From Mobula hypostoma (lineage: Eukaryota), in contig NC_086101.1 of the NCBI RefSeq assembly GCF_963921235.1, forward strand, positions 930,001 to 994,000: a stretch of DNA of 64,000 nucleotides, in the 5' to 3' direction. How positions within the stretch are numbered: position 1 is the first letter of the stretch; every line of letters starts with the position of its first letter. The notes beneath the pieces were generated by a model. That model was given only the letters and a program-made list of their open reading frames with translations, made no database searches and had not been told where the DNA came from. Shown piece by piece: positions 34,783 through 48,164 of the stretch. The position numbers and the translations under genes are program-made.

Positions 34783-34962
34783 TCTTCTGGGGGAGGTATG
34801 ACCTGTAAAAAAATGACAGGTTACACCTGAACCCAAAGGGATCCAATATCCTAGCGGGCATGTTTAATAGAGCTGTTAGGGAGGGTTTAAACTAATTTGG
34901 CAGGGGGATGGGAAACAGGGTGATAGAGCTGAGGACAGGGAAAACAGAAATATATCAAAGAT

Positions 34963-35130
34963 CACACAAAAAAACTGCTGGTGAATGCAGCAGGCCAAGC
35001 AGCATCTATAGGAAGAGGTACAGTCGACCTCTTCCTATAGATGCTGCCTGACCTGCTGCGTTGACCAGTGTTTTTTATGTGTGTTGCTTGAATTTCCAGC
35101 ATCTGGAGATTTCCTTGTGTTTGTGCTTTT
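34963..35130. mobile_element. Micro fold-back Penelope insertion (168 bp), 13-bp TSD
   Basis: TSD ATATATCAAAGAT at 34950-62 and 35131-43; arms invert at CAGTCGAC near 35021-35028. Confidence 0.9.
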
Positions 35131-35676
35131 ATATATCAAAGATAGCGAGCAACAGAGATTATAGAGAGAACAGCCAGGAGATGAGGCTTAATCACAGCCA
35201 GTGGGATGAGTTACAGGGCAATAGAGGCGTGGTGCAGTTAAAACAGAATGCAACAAATACTGGACTGAAAGTGTTATATTTGAATGCAAGCAGCATAAGG
35301 AATAAAATGGACGACCTTGAAATTCAGCTACAGATTGACAAATATGACATTGTGGCCATCTCTGAAACTTGGCTAAAGGATGTCTGCCATTGGGAGCTGA
35401 ATGTCCAAGAATATATGGTGTATCGGAATGATAGGTTACTAGGCAGAGGGGGTAGTGTGGCTCTGTGTATAAGAAATAATATTAAATCATTGGAAAGTTA
35501 TGACATAGGATCGGAAGGTGGAGTCTCTATGGGTTGATTTAAGAAATGGCAAGGGTAAAAGGACCCTGATGGCAGTTGTATACAGGCCTCCTTGTATACA
35601 GCAGCCGGGATGTGGATTACAAATTACAGCAGGAGATTAAAAAAAAAGGTGTGTCAGAAGGGCAATGTCATGATTT

Positions 35677-36610
35677 TGTCACGTACCCCGTGACAGGGGT
35701 TAAGAAACCAGCAGAGATGGAAAACACTTTGGAGTCCAGTATTGCTATAAACTAATAATATTTATTAGTAACCATGGAATACAGTAATATAAATGTAGAT
35801 AAATCAAACAGGTTAGCAATGATTATATATACAAGTAAGTGTGGAATATATATGAAAAAAGTCTCGGGGTAAAAAGATACAGTCTTACAATGTTGAGTAA
35901 AGTTCAGTTCAGGACGTGGTATTTATTTGAGTAATGACGGGGAGAGAGAGAGAGTGAACTGAGTCCTCAGGTGAGCTGATGCCGTCGATCTTCTCCTCGT
36001 CCTCCGAAATCCTTTACACATCACCGACTGTGACTTTAACCAGGGGGACCGGTCTTCTGTGGTGGAGCTATCACCCCGGCAGGGGTGGACACAATGACAA
36101 CTCCTCACCAGTCAACCCTTCTTCACGCTGGAATAGCAATTTGGATCGATCCGCCTGATCGATCCTCCAAAACCCACTTTCTCTGTGGGCACAACAATGC
36201 TCATTCAGTGTCCAGATCATGTGTCTGAGGTCTGTATCATCTGACCTCCCATTTATTTCACCAGGTTGAGCATCACGTCATTCAGAGAGTCCCTCCTTCC
36301 TTTGTCTGTGAAGGAATGCACAAGCAGGCAACAAGTCCTTGGAAGTAACGTTAATAATGTGCTGAAAATCATAACATTGAGTGTCCATTAAATAACACCA
36401 CCTTCAGTCACCATAGCAATTTACGAGCTGCTCGGTGCTGTCTCCAACTCCAAACTCAGTAAAAATCCAAAGTTACTTCCAATGCCTTAAAGCGACAGTC
36501 CAACTGTTGATCTTCGTCTCTCTCTCCTTTCCAAACCATCCATCAATGATAAATGTCTCTCTCTGTCTCTCGTCAATCAGTTAATAGGGGCACTCCTGGA
36601 TCCCCTCACA
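35677..36610 (-). mobile_element. Solo LTR (about 934 bp), minus orientation
   Basis: TG...CA termini; interrupts the CR1 endonuclease just before its IIGDFN motif; minus-strand AATAAA near 35761; TSD degenerate. Confidence 0.7.
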
Positions 36611-36700
36611 ATAATCATTGGCGATTTTAACATGAAAGTGGATAGGAAAAACCAGGTCAGTACTGGACCTCAAGAGATTGAACTTGTAGAATGTACAAGG

Positions 36701-36890
36701 AACACACATCAAAGTTGCTGGTGAACACAGCAGGCCAGGCAGCATCTCTAGGAAGAGGTGCAGTCGACGTTTCAGGCCGAAACCCTTCAGTTAGTCCTGA
36801 CGAAGGGTCTCGGCCTGAAACGTCGACTGCACCTCTTCCTAGAGATGCTGCCTGGCCTGCTGCGTTCACCAGCAACTTTGATGTGCGTTG
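36701..36890. mobile_element. Micro fold-back Penelope insertion (190 bp), no TSD
   Basis: Near-perfect inverted arms; turn-around at the CCTTC microhomology 36784-36788. Confidence 0.9.
36792..36829 (+). ncRNA. Minimal type I hammerhead ribozyme, intact core
   Basis: TAGTC(36792)-CTGACGA(36797)-AGGGTCTCGGCCT-GAAAC(36817)-GTC-GACTG(36825). Confidence 0.8.
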
Positions 36891-37370
36891 TCTGCAGATA
36901 TTCGCCGGTTTGCTCACACGCGCATGCGCAGAGGGGCTCGGTTAGTCCCAACTACCGCGCATGCGCAGATGTCTGAGGTAGTCACAACTATCGCGCATGC
37001 GGTCAGTAGACGAGAGGCTCAGAAGGTCCGGCTGCGGGTAAGAAGGGTCTCCGGGCGGGATATTAATCACCGGCGTCCGAAACGCGATTGACGGGCTATT
37101 ACTGTGAGCTCCGGCCGCACTGGTCCTGCACTCCAGGACAGGCCCGGTCCGTTCCCTCTCCCTCAGCCCCACGATCCGTACCCGGGCCCCGCGGATCTTT
37201 CGACTGATGAGGGCTGGAGCCGCCGCCATTTCTGTGGCGCATGCGCATCGCGTGATTTTTCGGTGGCTGAGACAGGTTTCTCGTTTGTGGCGCCTTCTGG
37301 GTAAAGAGGCAGCCATGGGTGACACTACCAGCGTTGTCCCCGTACAGTCGGAGGAAATGGGAGTGAGTGT
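36891..37370. promoter_or_regulatory. Putative bidirectional CpG-island promoter with first exons on both strands
   Basis: GCGCATGCGC at 36920, 36957 and 37237 (variant at 36993); GCCGCCATTT 37222; ZNF143-like TTACCCAGAAGGC (minus, 37292-37304); minus donor GTAATA at 37102, plus donor GTGAGT at 37363. Confidence 0.7.
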
Positions 37371-37924
37371 ATCTCCCAAATACTGCCGAGTTCCAGCTAT
37401 ATAAATCCAAGGATTAGTAACTCGGAACAAAAATATATTTCCCAGTTAATCTCGGATGAAGAGTCCACCTTCAAGTCTGTAAAAATGTCCGTTAGTGCTG
37501 TATGGCAAAAATAAATTCTTCTGTTAGCTTTAGTTCTCTCTGGATAAATAGCGATATTAAACAGCTTTGTCCTCAATCACAAGTGAGTTATGGCTTTCAC
37601 ATCACAAATGTGCGAAACTCCAATGAGAACAACTACCACCCTCCCTTTCATGTCATTGCCGTCGCCATCAATGGGTTCATCACTGCAAATCAGCTGGGCG
37701 GGGGCGGGGGGATGGGGGGAGCCGATCTGAGTAACTTAGAGATCTCCAGGATCGCCCCTTGTGGTGGTGTGGAACATGACCAAAGGAGAGGACACATTGA
37801 GCTAAGTCACAGGTTGATTGAAGGCAGAAATAGCCCATTCTCATGCAGACAGGAATACAGTCAGAGAATTTGATAGTCACTCAGGATGCCTGATCCTTGC
37901 CTAGTTAGAAGATGAGGAGTTCAA

Positions 37925-39400
37925 ATAGAAACATAGAAATCTACTGTACATTACACACTCTTCAGCCCAGAATGTGCCGACTGTGCAACCTAATTGAGAA
38001 AATGCCTAGAATTTCCCTACCACATAGCCTTCTATTTTTTCTAGCAGCTTGTACCTATCTGAGAGTCTCTTAAAATACCCTATTGTATCCACCTCTCCCA
38101 CCTTCGCGGTGTATTCAACACACCCACCACTCTCTGTGTGTAAAACCTGCCTCTGACATGCCCCTTGTACCTACTTCCAAACACCTTAAAACTGTGCCCC
38201 CTTATGTGAGCCATTTCAGTCTTGGGAAAAAGCCTCTGGCCCTCATCATCTTATTCACCTCTATCAGGTCACCTCTCATCTTCTGTTGCTCCAAAGTTCA
38301 CTCAACCGATTCTCATAAGGCATGTTCTCCAATCCAAGCAACATCCTTGTAAATCTTCTCTGCACTCTTTCTATATTATCCTCATGCTTCCTGTAGTGAG
38401 GTGACCAGAACTGAATTAAACACCAAAAGTGGGGTCTAACTAAGGCCTTATATATTGGTAACATTACCTCATGGCTTTTGATCTCAGTCCCATGGCTGAT
38501 GAAGGCTTTCTTAACAACAATGTTAACCTGAACAGCACCTTTGCGTGTACTATTGACATGGACTCCAAGATCTCGCTGATCCTCCACACTGCCACGAGTC
38601 CGAACATTAATATTGTTTTTTGTCTTCAAATTGGACCTAACAAAATGAACCACTGGGTTGAACTCCACCTGCCACCTCTCAGCCCAGATTTGCATCCTAT
38701 CAATGTGGCGCAGTAACCTCTGACAACCATCCTGACTATCCACAACACCTCAACTTTTGTGTCATCAGCAAACTTACTACCCCACCCTTCTACTTTCTCA
38801 TGAAGGTCATTTGTAAAAATTAGAAAGAAGAGAGGTCCCAGAACAGATCCCTGTGGAACACTATTGGTCACCGTCCTCCATGAAGAATGTGAACCATCTA
38901 CAACCTCACTTTGCCTCCTGTGGACAAGCCAATTCTGGATCCACAAAGCAAGGTCTCCCTGGATCCTTGTCTTGTTACTTTCTGAATGGGCCTCACATGA
39001 GGAACATTGTCAAAAGTCTTACTGAAAGCCATGTACACTACACCCAATGCTCTACTTTCATCAGCGTGCTTTGTTACATCGTCAAAGAATTCAATCAGGG
39101 TTGTAAAGCATGACCTGCCCTTGACAAAGCCATGCTGACTACCCCTAATCAAATTATATCTCTGCAAATGTTCATAAGTCCTGCCTGCCAGGATCTTCTC
39201 CAACAACTTGCCCACCACTGAAGTAAGGTTCACTGGTCTATACTTTCCTAGGTTACCTCTACACCCTTTCTTGAACAAGAGAACAATGTCTTCCAGTCCT
39301 CTGGTTCTTCTCCTGTCCTGATTGATAATACACAGGTCATTGCCAGAGGCTCAGCAATCTCCTCCCTCACTTCCCACAGGAGCCTGGGGTACATCACAAC
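37925..39400 (-). mobile_element. CR1 LINE (RT to 3' end), decayed
   Basis: [41 protein letters not shown]. Confidence 0.9.
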
Positions 39401-39445
39401 TTGAGTTGAACAGGGTAACATTGTGATGCCAGAGATTACACTGAA

Positions 39446-39840
39446 AGGAGATCTGGTATAAACATGTAAAATTATGAAAGGGATAGATAAGATAGAAACA
39501 GGAAAGTTGTTTCCACTGGTAGGTGAGGCTAGAACTAGAGGACATTGCCTCAAGATTTGGGGAAATTGGAATGGAGATGAGGAGGAACTGCTTTTCCCAG
39601 AGGGTGGTGAATCCGCGGATTTCTCTGCCCAATGAAGGAATGGAGGCTACCTCAGTGAATATATTTAAGACAAGGTTGGGTAGATTTTGGCACAGTAGGG
39701 GAGTTAAGGGTTATGGGGAAAAGGCAGGTAGGTGGAGGTGAGTCCATGGCCAGATCAGCCATGATCTTATTCAATGGCAGGGCAGGCTCAACGGGCCGGA
39801 TGGTCGACTCCTGCTCCTATTTCTTATGATCTTATGTTCT
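39446..39840 (+). mobile_element. CR1 3' end
   Basis: FSQRVVNPRISLP..; tail ttcttatgatcttatgttct. Confidence 0.85.
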
Positions 39841-40539
39841 CACCACAGACTAAAATCTCTCCTGAAATACTGTCCTTCACCCATTGATGGCTTTTGCAAA
39901 TATTTTTACAGGTTCGAAATGGCAGAACACTTGTGCACGGGAATCTCAAACACAACAACACATCAGTTTTGCTGTCTCTGTCTGGATATTTAAGGAGTGA
40001 CCAAATATTTTCTTTGCAACACCAACACATCTGTTGTCGATCCTTGGAGATGAAGAATTATCTCATCCCAGCTGGTGATGTATTCTGTCTCTGAAATGAA
40101 GTTTTCTGTTTTTACTCTGTGAAATCCACTGGAACCGGGAGCTGAGAAAACACCAGCATTTGTTTACTGGAGATCAGTTCTTCAACTGCATTGATTGTAC
40201 AAGGGATTCAAACGTCTGACTTCCTGATTGCCAGAGAATTGATCGTAGTGAGATATCATTCTCCTTCTCTCAGTGTGGGAAGAGATTCACTCACAGGCTA
40301 CTACAGACACACCAGTGAATTCACAGTGGGGAGAGGCCATTCACCCGCTCTGTGTGAGGGAGGGGAACCACTCAATCATCCAGTTTGTTCACACCATAGT
40401 GAGATGCTCCACCTGTTCTGCAAGCAGGAGGCCATTCTGTTATAGATGTTAAAGGTATATCAGAAAATTCACCAGTGAGGGGACATTGACCTGCTCGGAT
40501 GGTGGGAAGGCATTTACACACTTAACCACACCACAGTGA

Positions 40540-41630
<1,091 letters not shown>

Positions 41631-41739
41631 CAGGTGACCCGAGAAAGACAGGTGGCAGGGCCTCACAAAATCACATTCACACTAGCTTTTTTTTATAACC
41701 TTCTGATTTGCACAGTTATCTTGACTAAACAGCTTCCTA

Positions 41740-42085
41740 CCTTCCTATCTTTACATTCCCCCCCCGCCCAAAATCTCCCTCCTGGAACATATCCTTGCCA
41801 GCGAGGGAAGTGCTACGCGTTCCCATTTAGTTCCCCCCTCAGTCCCTTCTGGATCACGAACTGTCCTTCCAGCTGAGGCAACACTTCACCTGTGAGTCTT
41901 GTCAAGTTGCCCTACTCTGTCTGCTGCTCCCAGTGCGGGCCCCTCGACATCAGTGAGCCCCAGTGCAGACCAGGAGCCCACTTTGTCAAGTACATTAGCT
42001 CTGTCCGCAACAAGCGGAATTGCCCAGTCACAAACAAGCGAAAATTTGCAGATGCTGGAAATCCAAGCAACACACACAAAATCTT
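41740..42085. mobile_element. Old Penelope fragments (plus GIY-YIG relic, then minus tail)
   Basis: ccttccagctgaggcaacacttcacctgtgagtc; caaacaagcgaaaatttgcagatgctggaaatccaagcaacacacac. Confidence 0.7.
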
Positions 42086-43859
42086 TCCAATGATTTCAAG
42101 TTCCCTGCCACGATCATCTTATTTTCATGATGCAAAGCCCATCAGGAAAGCCACAGAGCTCTCTGTTTCCACCTGGACACCAGATCCGACGAGTTCCCTC
42201 CACCACCACTCTCCTGCTCTTTGTTTCGCTTGTCTTCTTTGTTTGAGCTGGTCTCCACTGTCACTTCTCTCTGTCATCTTGCAGTAAACTGGTGTTGGTC
42301 ACGTCTGTGAACGATTTGGAGGAGAATGTAGGTCGGACAATTAGTGAGGTTGTGGATGACACCAGAACTGGTGTGTGGTGAAAGTGAGGGTTGTCAGTGG
42401 GATGGAGACCAGCTGGGAAAGTGGGCTGAGGAACGACAGGTGGAACTTAACTGGGAGAAGCAAAATGTGATTGATTTCGGGAAGTTAAACCAGAGCAGGG
42501 CATACAGTGTGAATGGCGCCATACCAGCACGGTATTTCTGATATTGATATTTTTAAAGATAGACTCAATCAAAGTGATTTCGGGGATCTAGTCAAAAGAA
42601 GCAGAAGGGAAGTGGTGGACACGGATGGAAGGGTGGTACACGTGAATAGGGTGGTGAAGAAGGTGTGGACGGGTTCCTGTGCCGTGTAAATCTGTGATTC
42701 TCCGTGCAAATGGTCTTGTCATTGTCCAGTTGTAAGCCGGTGATCTTACTTGATCTTTCTTCTCTTAGAGGGACAAGAGTGCTGGAAACCATGCCGTCTG
42801 GGTGAGTGCAGGGAAACGCAGCATTTCACTGTATGAGCCAGCGATGAAGCTGTGAGTGATCAGTGCACGAGACAGCAGATGATATTGTAAAGGTCAAATA
42901 GCAAATAATCGACACTACTAAGGAAGTCATCGAATCGCAGACCATAATGTGGAAGAGAAAACAGCAGAATGAAGCTGATTCTGACGTGCGAACAAAACCC
43001 TGATAGTTGGAAAGAGGACAGAAGGTTACGATCTCAGTACATCAAGCTGTTTCACTTCCGAGATGTGCAGGGACATATCATGTCAGGGACAGAGCCAGTC
43101 CATCAGTCTATTAAATCCAGACAGCTCTAGAGAGTTTAGGTTGGCACCATATGAACCAACTTGTAGATAGTGAATGTTCTTTGGAAGCTGAGGTCCATAA
43201 GTCACATTGTCAATGGGATGCTCTGGATGGAGATGATGATACTCTCAGATTTATCTTTCAGCCAATTGACGATGGTGACGGTGAAGGAGCAGTTGACCCC
43301 TCAGTGAGTTGGGCAAACACTTTCACTTTGCACCCAGAGCTGAAGGGTAGTTCACTTCATAGTCAGCATCCACAAGGGTGGGTTAAGGCAAGGTGATCTT
43401 TTCCCTCCTCTCAATGGAGGAGAGAAACAGATACGTTCGTCACCAAATGTTCTGGGAATGAAGCGGGGGATAGAGAAGTTGAATTTCAAGGAGGTATCAG
43501 GTAATCAGATAAGTACAGAAATTGCTCTTGATGGTTTATTCACAGATATTCAGAAATGGTTGATGTTGGAATACGACTGCTAAGTGTCCTCGTAATGGTC
43601 GAATGCTCAATTGAAGGTTACATGTTCTCCAATAAAGTGTATTATTTCCCAGTTGTATATTCGTTATTCATGTGGACTGATGGAAGTTTATTGGTAGCTA
43701 AGTGTCGTTCCTCTGTCACTCAGTTAGCCACTTCCACATGGGAGGAGTTCTCACACTGTACGAGCAGGGTTGTCAATAAAGATCTGTTGAGTATCCTGCA
43801 TGCGGATGTCCTGGTGTGCTCTGCACTATCCCTCAATAACGTAAACAACATGGAGTCAG

Positions 43860-44000
43860 AAGTGGTTCATCAATGCAAAATCAATGGGTTGAAGATCTGA
43901 CCTCCAGTGAACAAATGCTGGTGCGTTCTCAGCAGCCCAGTTCCAGTAGATTTCACTGAATTACAACAGAAAATTTATTTCAGACAAAACTCGTTTTGAC
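43860..44000 (-). pseudogene. Relic of the 5' part of a third ZNF paralog exon
   Basis: Aligns with 31270-31385 (gttgaag..ctccagt.aacaaatgctggtg.gttctcagc..ttcc.gt..atttcactga...acagaaaa). Confidence 0.6.
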
Positions 44001-44039
44001 AGTATTCTGGGAGGTGTATCATCGTGCAGTTTGTTATAT

Positions 44040-45714
44040 CAAATAAAAGCGCAGGCCATTTTCTAAACACCTGAGCTGCAAAGACACTCGGGAGTCCTTG
44101 TGTTGGACTCCCTGAAGTTTAATTTGCAGGCTGAGTCGTTGGTGAGGAAGGCACATACTATGTATGCATTCATTTCAAGAAGACCAAAATACACACACAA
44201 GGATGTATTGTTAAATCTTTATAAAGCACAGGCGAGGCGTCACTTGGAGTATTGGATGATAGGCAAATTGCAGTGGGTCCAGGTGCTTGCTGAAGCGGGA
44301 GTTGATCTCAGCCATAATCCAACTCTCAAAGCACTTCGTCACCTAAGATGAGAGTGCTAGTGAACAATAGTCATTAAGGGAGCTCACCCAGCTCTTCCTG
44401 GGCACTGGTATAATTGTAGACCTTTTGAAGCAGGTGGGAACTTCTGACAGTACCAATGAGATTGAAAATATCTTTAATACTCCGGCTATTTGGTTAGCTC
44501 TGGTTTCAGAGCATTACCTTGGTAGGAAGTAATGGCCTACAAACCCTGCCAGAATTGACATTCATTCGATGTCGCCTGCAACCTTGCTTGGAATTGTTTC
44601 TTGGCTCTTGAAATAGCCCTCTGCAAGTCATGCCTCGTTTACTTGTACAGACCTGGGTGGCCAGACTTAAATGCCACAGATCTAACGCCCGGCAGACTAC
44701 GAGCCTCCTGGTCATCCGCAGCTTTTGATCTGGGGTATGTATAGTGAGCTCTGGTTGGCAGACACACATCTACACAGGTTTTAATGAAGTCGGTGTCAGG
44801 CGTACTCATTCACACTCGAATATGAATGTCTGAATGCACCGAATCAAAGTTGTTCCTGTGCTCACTTGTTCATATCTCCTTGGTCCTCACTGCTGCTGCT
44901 GCGGTATTCAGTGTCTGCCGATACTCCGGGAGAAGGCTTACAGCCAGGTGTTCAGACATTCCAAACTGTGGGCATGGGATAGCATGGTAAACGATCGATG
45001 GTGGTGTGAGAGTGGCCCAGGGTGTTGGCTCCACTGGTATGACAAGTGATCTGTTGGTAATAATTATTTCGAGACTTTTTCAAGCTGGCCTGGTTCAAAT
45101 ATCCCCTAGAATGATGGGAGTAGCATCAGGGTGTACTATTCGCGCCTGTTGATCACATCGCAAAGTTCATCTGGAGCCTGGGGTGGAATGTACACCTCCA
45201 ACAAAATGATTGCTGAGATCTCCCACGGCAGGTAAAATGGCTGGCACTTCACCACGTGGTGTTCCAGGAATAATCTGGAGTATTGTGCGCGGTTTTGGTT
45301 ACCTACCTGCAGGAAAGATATAAATAAGGTTGGGAGAGCAGAGAGAAATTTGACACGGATGTTGCCGGGTCTAGAGCTGAGGTATCAGGAAGCATTGAAG
45401 GGGTTAGGACTTTATTCAATAGAACATAGAGGATTGAGAGGAGGTTTGATGGTGGTAGAAAAAACTATCAGTGGAAACAACAGGAATTCTGCAGATGCTG
45501 GAAATTCAAGCAACACACATCAAAGTTGCTGGTGAACGCAGCAGGCCAGGTGGCATCTCTAGGAAGAGGTACAGTTGACGTTTCTGTCCTGACGAAGGGT
45601 CTCGGCCTGAAATGTCGACTGTACCTCTTCCTAGAAAAACTATCAGTGATTTAGATAGGGTAAATGCAAGCAGGCCTTTTCAACTGCGATTACGTGGGAC
45701 TAAAACATGAGGTC
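44040..45714 (+). mobile_element. Old CR1 3' part interrupted by a decayed minus-strand LINE (44255-45275) and a Penelope fold-back
   Basis: LYKAQARRHLEY|...; TGGAGTATTG duplicated near 44245 and 45276; TRMLPGLE. Confidence 0.7.
45474..45634. mobile_element. Micro fold-back Penelope insertion (161 bp), 14-bp TSD; hammerhead at 45586-45621 with GAAAC>GAAAT
   Basis: TSD AAAAACTATCAGTG at 45460-73 and 45635-48. Confidence 0.9.
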
Positions 45715-47236
45715 AATAGACAATAGACAATAGGTGCAGGAGTAGGCCATTCGGCCCTTCGAGCCAGCACCGCCATTCACTGTGATCATGGCTGATCATC
45801 CACAATCAGTATCCAGTTCCTGCCTTATCCCCATAACCTTTGATTCCGCTATCTTTAAGAGCTCTATCCACCTCTTTCTTGAAAGCATCCAGAGACTTGG
45901 CCTCCACAGTCTTCTGGGGCAGAGCATTCCATATATCCATCACTCTCTGGGTGAAAAAGTTTTCCCCCAACTCCGTTCTAAATGGCCTATCCCTTATTCT
46001 TAAACTGTGACCTCTGGTTCTGGACTCACCCATCAGCGGGAACATGTTTCCTGCCTCCAGCATGTCCAATCCCTTAATAATCTTACATGTTTCAATAAGA
46101 TCCCCTCTCAGCCTTCTAAATTCCAGAGTATACAAGCCCAGTCACTCCAATCTTTCAACATATGACAGTCCCGCCATCCGGGGATTTAACCTGTGAACCT
46201 ACGCTGCACTCCCTCTATAGCAAGAATGTCCTTCCTCAAATTTGGAGACCAAAACTGCACACAGTACTCCAGGTGTGATCTCACCAGGGTCCTGTACAAC
46301 TGCAGAAGGACCTCTTTGCTCCTATACTCAATTACCCTTGTTATGAAGGCCAGCATGCCATTAGCTTTCTTCACTGCCTGCTGTACTTGCATGCTTGCTT
46401 TCAGTGACTGATGTACAAGAACACCTAGATCTCGTTGTGCTTCCCCTTTTCCTAACTTGACTCCATTTAGATAATAATCTGCCTTCCTGTTCTTACTACC
46501 AAAGTGGATAACCTCACATTAAACTGCAGCTGCCCACTCACCCAGCCCCGAACCCTGCGGTACCCCACTGGTCACCGCCTGCCATTCCAAAAGGGACCTG
46601 TTAATCGCTACTCTTTGTTTTCTGTCAGCCAGCCAATTTTCAGTCCATGTCAGTACTCTGCCCCCAATACCATGTGCCCTAATTTTGCCCACTAATCTCC
46701 TATGTGGGACTTTATCAAAGGCTTTCTGAAAGTCCAGGTACACTACATCCACTGGCTCTCCCTTGTCCATTTTCATAGTTACATCCTCAAAAAATTCCAG
46801 ATTAGTCAAGCACGATTTCCCCTTTGTAAATCCATGCTGATTTGGACTGATCCTGTTACTGCTATCCAGATGTGTCGTAACTTCATCTTTTATAATTGAC
46901 TTCAGCATCTTTCCCACCACCGACGTCAGGCTGACCGGTCTATAATTCCCTGCTTTCTCTCTTCCTCCCTTCTTGAAGACAGGGACATTAGCCACCCTCC
47001 AATCCACAGGAACTGATCCTGAATCTATAGAACATTGGAAAATGATTACCAATGCGTCCATAATTTCTAAAGCCACCTCCTTGAGTACCCTGGGATGCAG
47101 ACCATCAGATCCCAGGGACTTATCAGCCTTCAGACCCGACAGCCTATCCAACACCATTTCCTGCCTAATATAAATGTCCTTCAGTTCATCCATTACCGTA
47201 GGTCCTTTGGCCACTATTCCATCTGGGAGATTGTTT
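45715..47236 (-). mobile_element. Young CR1 LINE (RT to tail, internal deletion)
   Basis: DGLHPRVLKE, NYRPVSLTSVVGKML, YLDFQKAFDKVPH; (TATTGTC)n tail as at 6213. Confidence 0.95.
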
Positions 47237-47635
47237 GTGGGAGGTCGTGGGTTACGGGTGAGAGACAAAAACTTTCAGAGGAATGTGGGCTGGGGGCGGG
47301 GACCTTCTTCACTCAGGGGACCCTGAGGGTCTGGAAAGAGCTGCCAGCAGCAATGGTGCAAACGAGCTCCATTTCAATGATTAAACAAAGTTTGGACAGG
47401 TAGAGGGGACTATGGTCCGCAGCACATTGATGAGATTAGGCAGTTTATATAGTTTTGGCTTGGATTAGTTTGGGCAGAAGGGCCAGTTTTTGTGCTTTAC
47501 TTTTCAAAGGCTCTGTGATTTCAATTGGATCTTCAAGGATACATACCATTAGAACAGCTTTTTTAATCCCTTATATATTTTTTTCTTTTCACTAAATGTT
47601 TTCCACAATCTCTCCCCCAGGGTCCCTAACTAGAA

Positions 47636-48062
47636 GATGAGGATGCCATCGTCTACCTGCTGAACCGTGTCGCCACCTGGACAAGCCAGCGAGCACTGTG
47701 AGGGTCATGTTTTTTGACTTCTCCAGTGCATTCAACACCATCCGCCCGGCTCTGCTGGGGGAGAAGCTGACAGCGATGCAGGTGGATGCTTTCCTGGTGT
47801 CATGGATTCTTGATTACCTGACTGGCAGACCACAGTACGTGTGCTTGCAACACTGTGTGTCCAACAGAGTGATCAGCAGCACTGGGGCTCCACAGGGGAC
47901 TGTCTTGTCTCTCTTTCTCTTCACCATTTACACCTCGACTGCACAGAGTCTTGTCATCTTCAGAAGTTTTCTGATGACTCTGCCATAGTCGGATGCATCA
48001 GCAAGGGAGATGAGGCTGAGTACAGGGCTACGGTAGGAAACTTTTTCACATGGTGTGAGCTG
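47636..48062 (+). mobile_element. Rex1 RT fragment
   Basis: FFDFSSAFNTIRPALL..GAPQGTVLS; same subfamily as 17004-18796. Confidence 0.9.
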
Positions 48063-48164
48063 TATCTGTCGGCGATTGGGGTAACCAGTAATATTCTGGT
48101 ACGGATGGGCAGAGCCTGCTGGTGTCAGACATGAAGGGGAACGGGAACATCTATTGTGTCAACG

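Larger units (their letters stand above)
32236..36700 (+). mobile_element. CR1 5' half (esterase/SGNH ORF1 plus APE endonuclease) carrying nested insertions
   Basis: VVIGNSI.RG..CSLPGARV.DV..HVGTNDIG; SRVVISGLLPV; LKVLYLNASSIRNK..DIVAISETWL. Confidence 0.9.

Noticed and set aside
36942..37430. 162-aa ORF over the promoter island
   Set aside because: GC-rich chance ORF with no recognisable domain and not conserved in frame in the 49.6-kb paralog.
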